This document shows, one piece after another, positions 28,915 through 39,161 of a stretch of DNA of 64,000 bases. The translations under genes and the position numbers were made by a program. Positions within the stretch are counted from its first letter, which is position 1; every line of letters starts with the position of its first letter. A model generated the notes under the pieces. The model saw only the letters and a program-made list of their open reading frames with translations. It searched no databases and was not told where the DNA came from. Source of the stretch: Fidelibacterota bacterium. Its GTDB lineage: Bacteria; Fidelibacterota; UBA2242. The DNA is taken from contig JBNGDF010000003.1 of the NCBI GenBank assembly GCA_049975265.1, positions 103,665 through 167,664 of the forward strand, read 5' to 3'.

Positions 28915-30798
28915 TCAGAGTTCTTTTTGTGCCATGATCTTCTCAATCTCGTCCATAGCCCAGTTCATCATTTTCATTGTTTTGTCAAAGGGGACCGGGC
29001 TGGTCATATCCACACCGGCATCTTTCAGCAGCTCGATGGGGTATTTTGAGCCACCGGCGGATAAAAAGCTCATATACTTATCAATGGCACCGGTTTCTTT
29101 GTTCAGGATTCCCTCAGCCAGAGCAGTGGAAGCGGTGAAGGAGGTGGAATACTGATACACGTAGTAGTTGTAATAAAAATGCGGGATGTACGCCCATTCG
29201 ACATTGATATAATCAGGTACAATACAAATACCTTTATCATGTCCGTAATAAGCTCTGACGATATCTTTATAAAGTTCCGTCATGGAATCACCGGTGATCT
29301 GTTCGCCCTTTTCAGCCATTGCATGCATGCGCAGTTCGAATTCCGCAAACTGGGTTTGCCTGAAGAGGGTGCCCTTGACGCCGTCGAGATATTCCATCAG
29401 AAGTGCCAGTTTCACCTTATCATCGGTTGTTTTGTCATAAACATGGTTGAAAAGCAAAATCTCATTCAGTGTCGATGCCACTTCGGCAACGAAAATTGGA
29501 TACATGGCAGTGGGAAACGGCTGTGATTGATTGGACAGATAGCTCTGCATGGTATGTCCCAGTTCGTGCACCAGCGTAGAGACGTCATTATACAAATTAT
29601 TGTAGTTGAGCAGAATATAGGGATGAACGTCATAGGCGCTGCCGGATGAGTAAGCGCCGGAGCGCTTGCCGGGTGTTGGGTAGACATCGATCCAGCGATT
29701 ATCGAACGCCTCCCTGATGATGTTGACATAGTCATCACCCAGCGGTTTGAGAGCCGCCAGGATCATTTTCCGGGCTTCTTTGTAATCATATTCCGTATCG
29801 ATACCCTCAACTGCCGGGGCATAGAGATCGTAATAATAGAGTGTATCCAATCCCATCATGCGGCGTTTAATATCAAGATACCGGTGAAAGGAATCCAGGT
29901 TTTTATTAACATTCTCAATCAGGGAATGGTAGACCTCTACGGGGATATTGTTGGCATCCAGGGCACGTTCAAGGGTATTTTCGTAATGACGGACATTGGC
30001 ATAAAAGATATGGGATTTGACATTGGCGTCCATCTGGGTGCCGAAGGAGCGTCGAAAATCATTGAATTTTCCAAAAAAGGCTTCGAAAACGATTTTCCGG
30101 TCAGTGCGATTGGGCACGGCACGATAGCGACCATAACCAGCCTGATCAACGAGCACCTTTTCACCGCTGGACAGCGTGACGGTCGGATAGGGCATATCGG
30201 CGTTCTTGAAAATACCGTAGATGGATGCCGCCGCACCGGAGATCAAGCCCGCCTCCGCAACGATTTTTTCCTCTTTTTCCGAAAGCATGTGCTCTTTGCT
30301 GCGGAGCAGATCGTACAGATAGAACCGGTAGACTTCCAGCTCCGGTTCCCGGGCTAAATATTTATCAATTTTTTTCTGATTCATGGTCAGAATTTCCGGA
30401 TCGATGAAGGAGGATTTCGTACCGTATTGCGTAAATAGCTGATCAATTTCCTGTTTCATGGCTAAATATTTCGAATCCCGGGTGTCGAGGTCCGATCTTT
30501 TTCCGGCATAGGAGGAAAGTCGCAGCATCTCCCTGTAAATTGCATAGTGGTAATTTAATCCCTCCAGCAAGTTAGCGGGCGATTTGGTGAGTTTTCCTTT
30601 GAATTCAAGAATGCCGTCAAATTTTTTGACTGTTTCCTCTTTGGCTTTATGGTATGCCTCATCGGAGGGATAGAGATCACTCAGATCCCATTTGTACTGG
30701 TCGGGAATTTCCGCCCGATCCCGGGTTTGTGACAAAACCTGCTGGCTGAAAGAATTAAACAGCGTCAGCATCAGCGCTACTCCAATCATTTTTTGCAT
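28915..30798 (-). CDS. pepF: Oligoendopeptidase F (M3B) with signal peptide
   Basis: KWDLSDLY, GKRSGAYS, TLVHELGHTMQS, IFVAEVAST, YYVYQY. Confidence 0.93.
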   Translation of the reverse strand: MQKMIGVALMLTLFNSFSQQVLSQTRDRAEIPDQYKWDLSDLYPSDEAYHKAKEETVKKFDGILEFKGKLTKSPANLLEGLNYHYAIYREMLRLSSYAGKRSDLDTRDSKYLAMKQEIDQLFTQYGTKSSFIDPEILTMNQKKIDKYLAREPELEVYRFYLYDLLRSKEHMLSEKEEKIVAEAGLISGAAASIYGIFKNADMPYPTVTLSSGEKVLVDQAGYGRYRAVPNRTDRKIVFEAFFGKFNDFRRSFGTQMDANVKSHIFYANVRHYENTLERALDANNIPVEVYHSLIENVNKNLDSFHRYLDIKRRMMGLDTLYYYDLYAPAVEGIDTEYDYKEARKMILAALKPLGDDYVNIIREAFDNRWIDVYPTPGKRSGAYSSGSAYDVHPYILLNYNNLYNDVSTLVHELGHTMQSYLSNQSQPFPTAMYPIFVAEVASTLNEILLFNHVYDKTTDDKVKLALLMEYLDGVKGTLFRQTQFAEFELRMHAMAEKGEQITGDSMTELYKDIVRAYYGHDKGICIVPDYINVEWAYIPHFYYNYYVYQYSTSFTASTALAEGILNKETGAIDKYMSFLSAGGSKYPIELLKDAGVDMTSPVPFDKTMKMMNWAMDEIEKIMAQKEL

Positions 30799-30938
30799 GA
30801 TAACCTCTCTGTATTGTAAAGCAATTCACGGGTTTTTGGATAAAGTGCTCTAAAATATATGATTACTATTTCATATTTTCGCTACAAATCAAATATACAA
30901 TAAACCTGATAAATTCACAAACCGACGGACGGCATCTT

Positions 30939-32375
30939 TCAAACACCATAATAGAGTAAATATTCATAGGGCGTCGGACGATTGCGGTTATTGAGGATGT
31001 CATTTTCGGTTTTGTATTGAATCCATGTATCGATGATTGTGTCCGGGAAAATCCCGTTTTCCGTCAAAAACCGGTGATCGCTATTGAGGTATTCCAGGGC
31101 GGAACCGAGAGAGTCGGGAATCGACTGAATGGATGCCAGAATGGATGCGTTCTCGGGTGCGAAGAGATTGATATCATAGGGACCGAAACCCTCTTTTGTC
31201 AAATCCGGTTGTTTCTGAATGCCATCGATACCAGCCAGCAGCATGGCGGACATCGCCAGGTAGGGGTTGCAACTGGCATCCGGCGGTCGGTATTCGATCC
31301 GTTTGTCGGATGGGGCGGTGGCATATTTCGGAATACGGACCGCCGAACTGCGATTGCCGAGGCTGAAGAACAGCGCCACCGGTGCCTCAAAACCGGGGAT
31401 CAGACGTTTATAGGAATTGGTGGACGGATTGGTGAATGCCGTCAGTGCCGGTGCATGTTTCAGAAGCCCGGCGACATAGGCTTGGGCTAAATCACTGAGA
31501 CCACCATACCCTTGCGGATCGTAGAACAGCGGTTGACCGTTTTTAAAGAGATGCTGATGAAAGTGCATACCGCTGCCGGGCTCATTATAGAGCGGCTTGG
31601 GCATAAAGGTGGCGGTTTTATCGTATTTTTTGGCGGTCATTTTGATAATGTATTTTCCCAGAATGACGGCATCCGCCATCTGTCTCAGCGAACCTTCGAC
31701 CACTTCGATCTCCACCTGCCCCGAACTACCGACTTCGTGATGGTGATATTTAACCGGAATCCCGCAGCTTTCCATATTTTTAACGGTTTCCGAACGGATG
31801 TTCTGGAATACATCGTAGGGTGGTGCGGCGTGATAGCCCTGCTGGTTGACCATCTGATAGCCGTCCCGCCGGTTGCCTTCCTCGTAACCGTCCCGGACTG
31901 CCTCATTCGATCGGATTTTAAAAAAGGAGCAGAAGGAATCGGTGCGTATGTCGACCGAATCAAAGATATAGTATTCGAATTCCGGTCCCCACTGACTATC
32001 GGTGGCGATTCCCGTGGATATCAGATACTCTTCGGCTCTGCCGGCGATATGGCGCGGATCTTTATTAAACGCCTTTCTGGTATCGGCTTCGGCGATATTG
32101 CACAAAAAACTGAGGGTTTTATGTTCGAAAAAGGGATCAACGAAACCGGTTGTCAAATCCGGAATCAGTACCATATCACCGGATTCGATACTCTTAAACC
32201 CTGACGTGGAAGATGCGTCGAATCCGATTCCGGTTTCCACGATTCCCTTGTCAAATTGAGCCGCAGGCAGAGTCAAATGATGTAGATTCCCGATTAAATC
32301 AACATATTTTATATCTATAAAATCAATCTCATTCTTCCGGAGATACGTCGACAGCTCTGCCACCGAAGCAAACAT
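30939..32375 (-). CDS. glnA: Type I glutamine synthetase
   Basis: FDASS, GPEFEY, HHHEV, ATFMPKP, GSGMHFH, NSYKRLIPGFEAP, NRSSAVRIP, RIEYR. Confidence 0.96.
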   Translation of the reverse strand: MFASVAELSTYLRKNEIDFIDIKYVDLIGNLHHLTLPAAQFDKGIVETGIGFDASSTSGFKSIESGDMVLIPDLTTGFVDPFFEHKTLSFLCNIAEADTRKAFNKDPRHIAGRAEEYLISTGIATDSQWGPEFEYYIFDSVDIRTDSFCSFFKIRSNEAVRDGYEEGNRRDGYQMVNQQGYHAAPPYDVFQNIRSETVKNMESCGIPVKYHHHEVGSSGQVEIEVVEGSLRQMADAVILGKYIIKMTAKKYDKTATFMPKPLYNEPGSGMHFHQHLFKNGQPLFYDPQGYGGLSDLAQAYVAGLLKHAPALTAFTNPSTNSYKRLIPGFEAPVALFFSLGNRSSAVRIPKYATAPSDKRIEYRPPDASCNPYLAMSAMLLAGIDGIQKQPDLTKEGFGPYDINLFAPENASILASIQSIPDSLGSALEYLNSDHRFLTENGIFPDTIIDTWIQYKTENDILNNRNRPTPYEYLLYYGV

Positions 32376-32564
32376 AAAAAACCTCTGAATACTTAATTAA
32401 TGTTCATTACAAGGGTAATATAAAATAAATAATTTAAGAAATCCAATATTTATTAAGATTGCAGATTAAATATATTAAGAGATCATGCTGAGAGCGAAAG
32501 TAAAGAGAAATTTGGGATTTACCGCCGATTCTGTTTATATTTGCTGCGTAATAAAAGGGAGAGT

Positions 32565-33074
32565 GTGGTGGAAAAGGTCACAAAACGTCGGGATTACATC
32601 AGTTGGGATGAATACTTCATGGGTGTGGCGTTGTTGTCGGCGCAGCGGAGCAAGGACCCGAATACGCAGGTGGGTGCCTGTATTGTGAACAGAGATAAAA
32701 AGATCGTCGGTGTGGGCTATAACGGTTTTCCCACCGGCTGCTCCGATGATCAATTGCCCTGGAACCGGGAAGGCGAATTTCTGGATACCAAGTATCCCTA
32801 TATCTGCCATGCCGAGCTGAATGCCATCTTAAACAGCATCTCCCGGGATCTGAAAAATGCGACCATATATGTGGCGCTCTTTCCCTGTAATGAGTGTGCC
32901 AAGGCGATTATTCAGGCGGGTATTAAAGAGGTGGTTTATCTGTCGGATAAATATCGGGATTCCAATGAGGTGAAAGCCTCAAAAATCATGTTTGCGCAGG
33001 CGGGTGTGTCGCTGCGAAAAATGCAGACGGAGCGGCATGCACTGGAGATTCACTTCGACGAGTCTAACGTCTGA
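32565..33074 (+). CDS. dCMP deaminase family protein
   Basis: [33 protein letters not shown] zinc motifs. Confidence 0.93.
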   Translation: MVEKVTKRRDYISWDEYFMGVALLSAQRSKDPNTQVGACIVNRDKKIVGVGYNGFPTGCSDDQLPWNREGEFLDTKYPYICHAELNAILNSISRDLKNATIYVALFPCNECAKAIIQAGIKEVVYLSDKYRDSNEVKASKIMFAQAGVSLRKMQTERHALEIHFDESNV

Positions 33075-33083
33075 GCTACAATT

Positions 33084-33761
33084 TTAAATAACTATTTTCA
33101 ATAAATCGGTCATGCGATCGATCAGATAATCGGGATTCTGTGCCCGGAGAGTCTCTTTGGGGGATAATCCGAAAGTTACGGCGCAAACCGGTATACCGGC
33201 GTTTTTTGCGGCGATAATGTCTTTTTCACTGTCGCCGACCATCAGGCAGTGCTGCGGCTCAATGCGGAACCGGCGGGCGGCATGCAGAAGAGGTTGCGGG
33301 TCCGGTTTCTTTCGGGGCAATGAATCGCCGCCGAGGATTAATGAGAAATATCTATCCATTCCAAAATGTGTCAGGATGGCTTGTGTATAGACAAACGCCT
33401 TGTTTGAGATAACCGCCAGCGGAATTTCAATGAGTCGGACGAGGGTTTCAGCCACGAAAGGATAGGGCAGCGTCGTATCCAGCATGTGTTTCCGGTACAT
33501 TTTGTGGTATAATTTCTCAGCCCGGTCGAGCAGAGTGCCGTCTACTTCGGTTTCCGGCTTGCCGGATTGAGCATAAGCCAGGGCTCTTTTGATCAGCATC
33601 TGTATGCCGTCACCAATAAAAGGCACGCCCGTGGTGTAGTCGATTGCCGGAAAATTGAGTTGCCTCAATGTCAAGTTCAGGGAATGGATGAGATCGCGGC
33701 TGGAATCGATCAATGTTCCATCAAGGTCAAATAAAATGGCGTGGCAGCGGTTCGTTTTCAT
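33084..33761 (-). CDS. HAD-family hydrolase, phosphoglycolate phosphatase-like
   Basis: FDLDGTLIDS, SNK, KKPDP, MVGDSEKD. Confidence 0.9.
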   Translation of the reverse strand: MKTNRCHAILFDLDGTLIDSSRDLIHSLNLTLRQLNFPAIDYTTGVPFIGDGIQMLIKRALAYAQSGKPETEVDGTLLDRAEKLYHKMYRKHMLDTTLPYPFVAETLVRLIEIPLAVISNKAFVYTQAILTHFGMDRYFSLILGGDSLPRKKPDPQPLLHAARRFRIEPQHCLMVGDSEKDIIAAKNAGIPVCAVTFGLSPKETLRAQNPDYLIDRMTDLLKIVI

Positions 33762-33908
33762 GGGGGTAATATACGGGGATTTCGGTTATTCGCAATCCCG
33801 AATTCAGACTCCGTAAAACAATTTTTATTTTTGCGCCATGTTTTGTATCATACACAGAGTGTACACTTAAATTAATTAAGCAATAGATTGGAAAAACGGG
33901 AGTAGTGA

Positions 33909-35498
33909 ATGGCGTCAAATGAACCAATTGAAAACCGAAGCGAGGGGCAGGGATTGCTGAAACGGATATTCAGGAGAAAACGGGACCCGAATAAGCGTCC
34001 GTTCAGTTTGAGAGCGCTGGATGTCATCGAAAAAATCGGCAACAAACTGCCCCATCCGGCGACGCTGTTTGCCATTTTTGCTCTGTTAACCCTGGTTTTT
34101 TCATACATTATCGACCGTATGGGAGCGACGGCGATTCACCCCGGAACCGGTGAGACCATCCGGGTGATCAATCTGCTCAGTGGCGACGGTTTTCGGTTTA
34201 TCTGGTCCAGTGCGACAGATAATTTCGTCAATTTCCCACCGCTCGGGATAGTGCTGGTTGCCATGATCGGTGTCGGGGTAGCAGAAGGTTCCGGTTTACT
34301 GACGGCGCTGCTGAGGCACCTGGTGACCTCCGCACCAAAGCGCCTGATCACGGCGGCGGTGGTTGCTGCGGGAGTACTCTCGCACCTGGCATCCAGTGCC
34401 GGGTATGTAATTCTGATACCGCTGGGTGCCATGGTATTTGCGGCAGTCAAACGACATCCTCTGGCGGGTTTGGCGGCGGCGTTTTGTGGTGTTTCCGCCG
34501 GCTTTGGCGCCAATTTTCTGATTGGCACCATTGACCCGATTCTGTCCGGTTTGACAGAGTCGGCGGCGAATATCATAGACCCCGATATGCACCTGAGTGC
34601 CGCAATCAATGTCTATTTTATGATGGCATCAGCGTTTATGGTGACCATCGCGGGCACCTGGATTACGGAAAAGTTCGTCGAGCCGCGGCTTGGGGAATAC
34701 AAAGGCGAACTCGAAAAGTTTGACACCATCGATGCCAACGAGCGGAAGGGACTGCGCTGGGCGGGAATCGCTGCGCTGTTCACCATTGCCCTGTTTCTGG
34801 TGTTGACGGTGCCGCACAATGCACTGCTGCGCGACCCGGTGACTCATTCCATCCTGAAATCGCCCTTCATGACCGGTCTGATCACCGGAATCCTGGTCTT
34901 TTTCTTCATTCCCGGTTTGGTCTACGGAATTGTCGTCGGTACGGTAAAAAACGACAAAGATGCCATCAAACACATGACCAATTCCATGAAGGGGCTCAGC
35001 AGCTATATCGTCCTGGTCTTTTTCGCCGCTCAGTTCGTCTTTTATTTTAAAAAGAGCAATATCGGCGTAATGATCGCCATCAAGGGGGCGGAGCTGCTGG
35101 AGTCCATCGGATTTACGGGTATCGGTCTGGTGATCGCCTTTGTGTTCGTTTCCGCGTTCATCAATCTGTTTATGGGGAGTGCATCCGCCAAGTGGGCAAT
35201 TATAGCACCGATTTTTGTACCCATGTTCATGCTGCTGGGGTACTATCCGGCGATTACCCAGGCGGCGTTTCGAATCGGGGATTCGGTGACCAATGTGATT
35301 ACCCCGATGATGAGCTATTTCGCGCTGATTGTCGCCTTTGCCCAGAAATACGATGAAAAAGCCGGACTTGGAACCATCATCGCCACGATGTTACCCTACA
35401 CGGTCTTTTTGACGATTGCCTGGATTCTGTTGCTGGTCATTTGGATGCTGCTGGGATTGCCCATCGGTCCCGGTGCGCCGATTTATATGCCGCAATAG
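33909..35498 (+). CDS. AbgT-family transporter
   Basis: IEKIGNKLPHP, NFPPLG, GSASAKW, RIGDSVTNVITP. Confidence 0.93.
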   Translation: MASNEPIENRSEGQGLLKRIFRRKRDPNKRPFSLRALDVIEKIGNKLPHPATLFAIFALLTLVFSYIIDRMGATAIHPGTGETIRVINLLSGDGFRFIWSSATDNFVNFPPLGIVLVAMIGVGVAEGSGLLTALLRHLVTSAPKRLITAAVVAAGVLSHLASSAGYVILIPLGAMVFAAVKRHPLAGLAAAFCGVSAGFGANFLIGTIDPILSGLTESAANIIDPDMHLSAAINVYFMMASAFMVTIAGTWITEKFVEPRLGEYKGELEKFDTIDANERKGLRWAGIAALFTIALFLVLTVPHNALLRDPVTHSILKSPFMTGLITGILVFFFIPGLVYGIVVGTVKNDKDAIKHMTNSMKGLSSYIVLVFFAAQFVFYFKKSNIGVMIAIKGAELLESIGFTGIGLVIAFVFVSAFINLFMGSASAKWAIIAPIFVPMFMLLGYYPAITQAAFRIGDSVTNVITPMMSYFALIVAFAQKYDEKAGLGTIIATMLPYTVFLTIAWILLLVIWMLLGLPIGPGAPIYMPQ

Positions 35499-35550
35499 AA
35501 TAACCAGTGGTATATTTGAGGTGTAATTTCATTGGAAAGGCGGGTATGCT

Positions 35551-36753
35551 ATGAATAAACCAATTCAAATCAGCGGGACGACCTGGTGGGTCGGTGTCAA
35601 TGACCGGGAAACCGACATCTTTGAGGCGCTCTGGCCTATTCCCAAAGGAATCTCCTATAATGCCTATCTGGTCATTGATGAGAAAGTCGCCCTGATCGAT
35701 ACGGTGAAAAATTGCTATACGCCGTTGTTGCTGGATAAAATCCGGGAACTGGTTGGTGCCGGGAAACCGGTAGACTACCTGATTATCAACCACATGGAGC
35801 CGGACCATTCCGGAGCGATTGAAATCATTGCGCAAGTCTATCCGGAGATTACCATCGTTGGTAATGCCAAAACAGTTGAATATCTGGAGGGCTATTACGG
35901 GATCCGGCAGAATGTCAAGGTCATCAATGATGGCGACACGCTCGATCTGGGTGAACACAGACTTTCCTTTCACCTGACACCCATGGTGCACTGGCCGGAA
36001 ACCATGATGACCTACGATATTCAGGACCAGCTGCTCTTCAGCGGCGACGCATTCGGCGGATTCGGTGCGCTGACCGGCGGGCTCTTTGACGATGAACTGA
36101 ATCCGGCTGAGTTGGAGGATGAAACTCTGCGCTATTATTCGAATATCGTCGGTAAATTCAGCCCCATGGTTCAGAAGGCGTTTGAGAAACTCGGGAGCCT
36201 GGAGATAAAAACAGTGGCTTCGACACACGGTCCTGTCTGGCGCACAAATCCCGATTGGATTATTGATCGATATGACCGCTGGAGTTGCTATGCAAGCGAG
36301 CCCGGGGTGGTTCTGGCGTATGCATCAATGTACGGTAACACGAAGCGGATGGCGGAGATGGTCGCGCGGGGGCTTGTTGAGGGCAGCATAAAAGAAATCC
36401 GCATGTATGACGTTTCACGGACCCACATCTCCTACATGCTGAAGGATTGCTGGCGCTATCAGGGGATTATCCTCGGCAGCGTCACCTACGACATGAATCC
36501 GCTGATTACCATGAAACACCTGACCGATCTGCTCGAAGCCAAGCAGCTGAAAAACCGGACGCTGGGGATTTTTGGCTCCTACGGCTGGAGTGGCGGCGGG
36601 GTGAAATATCTGCGCGGCTTTGCCGAACGCACCGGATGGGAATTGGTGGAACCGGTAGTTGAGGCTGAGCGCCGACCGTCAATGGACATTCTGGAGCAGT
36701 GCCGGCAGTTAGGTCGGAATATGGCGGCGCAAATCAGCGATAATGAGCACTAA
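35551..36753 (+). CDS. FprA-family flavodiiron protein
   Basis: GISYNAYL, NHMEPDHSG, HWPE, SGDAFG; flavodoxin YASMYGNT and FGSYGWSGG. Confidence 0.93.
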   Translation: MNKPIQISGTTWWVGVNDRETDIFEALWPIPKGISYNAYLVIDEKVALIDTVKNCYTPLLLDKIRELVGAGKPVDYLIINHMEPDHSGAIEIIAQVYPEITIVGNAKTVEYLEGYYGIRQNVKVINDGDTLDLGEHRLSFHLTPMVHWPETMMTYDIQDQLLFSGDAFGGFGALTGGLFDDELNPAELEDETLRYYSNIVGKFSPMVQKAFEKLGSLEIKTVASTHGPVWRTNPDWIIDRYDRWSCYASEPGVVLAYASMYGNTKRMAEMVARGLVEGSIKEIRMYDVSRTHISYMLKDCWRYQGIILGSVTYDMNPLITMKHLTDLLEAKQLKNRTLGIFGSYGWSGGGVKYLRGFAERTGWELVEPVVEAERRPSMDILEQCRQLGRNMAAQISDNEH

Positions 36754-37285
36754 AGTATACGACGGCTCCGTCGAGCGTCTGCGCCGGGCAGAGCGCCTCC
36801 GGGTGATGCAGGTCGAGCGGGTCGTGGAAATCTGCCTGAAACAGAGTGATTTTCAAACCGTTCTGGATTGCGGAACCGGCAGCGGCGTGTTTGCGGAAGA
36901 ATTTTTAAGAAAGGGACTGACGGTCACAGGAATTGACCTGAATCCCGCTATGATCGCGGAGGCGGGCGAGCTGGTGCCCGGCAGCAAATTCGGTATTGGG
37001 CGGATTGAACAGCTGCCCTTTGTGAATAAGGCTTTCGATCTGGTTTTTTATGCGCACAGTCTGCACGAAGCCGGTGATCTGGGTCTGGCGCTTGGCGAGG
37101 CAAAGCGGGTGGCTCGCAGCCATGTCATAGCTCTGGAATGGCAGCCGCGGATCAGGCGGCATGGACCTCCCGCCGATCACCGTATCCGGGTCGGAGAACT
37201 GCGTCGGATTCTTCGACGCTGGCAATTTCGACAACTGACAATCGAATCCGTCGGCGGGCAGAATCTGTACATTATGGCAGTTTAA
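36743..37285 (+). CDS. Class I SAM-dependent methyltransferase
   Basis: VLDCGTGSG, GID, LPF..KAFDLV. Confidence 0.85.
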   Translation: MSTKVYDGSVERLRRAERLRVMQVERVVEICLKQSDFQTVLDCGTGSGVFAEEFLRKGLTVTGIDLNPAMIAEAGELVPGSKFGIGRIEQLPFVNKAFDLVFYAHSLHEAGDLGLALGEAKRVARSHVIALEWQPRIRRHGPPADHRIRVGELRRILRRWQFRQLTIESVGGQNLYIMAV

Positions 37286-37385
37286 ACGAGAGAGACCGGA
37301 GTTGGGAAATCGTCTTCTCTGGTCGTATCGAACCTCCAGCGACACCTATATTATTCGCCGGAATGAGACACATTTTTGCAGGCGG

Positions 37386-37964
37386 TTATGAGGCACTCTC
37401 AGGGTTATACTTTTTTTTCTTACTATTTTTTACGATTAAAAAGACACCCATTACAATAATCCACAAAAATTCCAGATAAATGAAAATCGAACGCAAAATA
37501 TAACTACCGTCTATAAAACAGGTTGTAAAGTCTGAAATGAGGTCAGGCTTTTTAATTACTATTAAAAATGTAATTGACGGTAATATATCCAATAGCGCGA
37601 TTATCATTACAATAACCGGGAAAATGAAAGATATTTTGTACAATTTTGAATCTTTGGTGATTGATCGGGCGATAATTAGAGTAAGAGAAAACAAAATTAA
37701 CGCAACACCGATAACAGACACGATATTCAATAAATAGACAGTAAAGAAATCATTCAATTGTCCTCTTTGACCGATGGAGGAAATAACCTCTTTGAAATAG
37801 TCTGTGTCAAAGGATGTCAATAATTTGGTCAAAACATCAGATTCTAATATTTTTGATAGTGTCAGATAATTTAAATAATAAACCGGGATAAAAATGATTA
37901 TCCCGATTATAAGAAAAAGGCGGTTCATTTTTTTCGATGGCTTATTTTCTAAATATTTTAGCAT
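37386..37964 (-). CDS. Hypothetical membrane protein, AT-rich
   Basis: About four hydrophobic helices; ATG at 37964 preceded by GGAGAAGGAG. Confidence 0.7.
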   Translation of the reverse strand: MLKYLENKPSKKMNRLFLIIGIIIFIPVYYLNYLTLSKILESDVLTKLLTSFDTDYFKEVISSIGQRGQLNDFFTVYLLNIVSVIGVALILFSLTLIIARSITKDSKLYKISFIFPVIVMIIALLDILPSITFLIVIKKPDLISDFTTCFIDGSYILRSIFIYLEFLWIIVMGVFLIVKNSKKKKYNPESAS

Positions 37965-38073
37965 AACGACTCCTTCTCCATGAATTTCCAAACGCTGAAT
38001 TATATATAAGTTTCGAAAACAAGTCAATACCTTTTTAAGTATTTACGGCGAAATCCATTGCGGCGCATTGATT

Positions 38074-38327
38074 CACCGGGTTGCACCTGGCGCTGTTCAG
38101 ATTCAATCCCTCCAGGGGTTGTTATCATGGTAAAACCCTGTTTCACAGTCCGTCACGTCGCGGGAGCGACGTGACGAGTAGTAAGGTTTTTGCAAAACCA
38201 AACGGTTTTTTTGGATTGATTTTAGATGGTGGACAGCGCCGGGAGGCGCTGAATACTGATTAGCCACGGGTAGCAACCCGTGGAAGGGAATTCAACCGAA
38301 TCAGAAACAACCCTGAAGGGGTTGAAC
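38074..38327. repeat. Cluster of REP-like palindromes with imperfect terminal inverted repeat
   Basis: TTCAATCCCTCCAGGGGTTG (38102-38121) is an imperfect inverse of CAACCCTGAAGGGGTTGAA (38308-38326); internal hairpins at 38151-38176, 38234-38251, 38264-38283. Confidence 0.65.
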
Positions 38328-39161
38328 TCAGGCAATCTTATACCAGACGTTCATGCTTTCCAGTTGACCGGAAATATTGGTATTATTGACCAACGTACCG
38401 CTGTATTTGTACCCCCGTTTGGCGAAGGTGATATTCATGCCGTAGGACATCGCCCGGGCAATGGTATGGAAGCAGCGGATATCGGTTTTTTTCATCACCG
38501 TTTCCATTTGATACAGGAGGTAAAGTGCAAAGCCCATTCCCCGGTATTCCGGCAGCGTGGCAAAGTCGGTCATCTCCACGTTTTTACCCTGGAAATCGAT
38601 TTCCGCCGAGGAGACGGCGACCGCCTGTTCATCTTTGCAAATCAGGAAATAGCGGACATTGCGATTCATCGTCTTCTTGATATATTCCGGATCGTGAATG
38701 GGGAAGGGGTAGGTGGCAAAGACTTGCTTGAAGACGGCGACCATCTGCGGGATATCATCTTCGGTGGCGACCTGAAAGGAAAACTGGGGTGCCAGCTTCA
38801 CCCGGTCAACTGCCGCGGCTTTTGCTTTGGCGGTCTTGAGGACATTTTTGATTCGCTCCAGATTGGGATCGGTTTTACGGTCTTCATTCAGAAATTTTGC
38901 CATAAAGCAGACCGGTTCCTGCAATTGGTAAAACTGCGGGATAAACGCCTCCTGAACATAATCATCCGCTTCAAAATCGTACTTCAGCCTGCCCGGTATC
39001 TTGGCGAAGATTTTCGTATAGCCGTGGCTTTTCGCCAGTTGATTCAGATAGGGAATAATCTCTTTCCCGTCGGCGTCCGCCAGTTTCATGAGATAGACAC
39101 GGTTGTTGTATTCTCCGTGCTGCAGCAGCGAGGACCGCCATTTTTCCACAATATCGGTCAT
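38328..39161 (-). CDS. ablB: Beta-lysine N-acetyltransferase
   Basis: [61 protein letters not shown]; in operon with ablA. Confidence 0.9.
   Translation of the reverse strand: MTDIVEKWRSSLLQHGEYNNRVYLMKLADADGKEIIPYLNQLAKSHGYTKIFAKIPGRLKYDFEADDYVQEAFIPQFYQLQEPVCFMAKFLNEDRKTDPNLERIKNVLKTAKAKAAAVDRVKLAPQFSFQVATEDDIPQMVAVFKQVFATYPFPIHDPEYIKKTMNRNVRYFLICKDEQAVAVSSAEIDFQGKNVEMTDFATLPEYRGMGFALYLLYQMETVMKKTDIRCFHTIARAMSYGMNITFAKRGYKYSGTLVNNTNISGQLESMNVWYKIA

Noticed and set aside
21104..36228. Long antisense ORFs 21104-21874, 31512-32204 and 35437-36228
   Set aside because: Each lies opposite a well-supported gene (PKD protein, glnA, fprA) and lacks recognisable motifs
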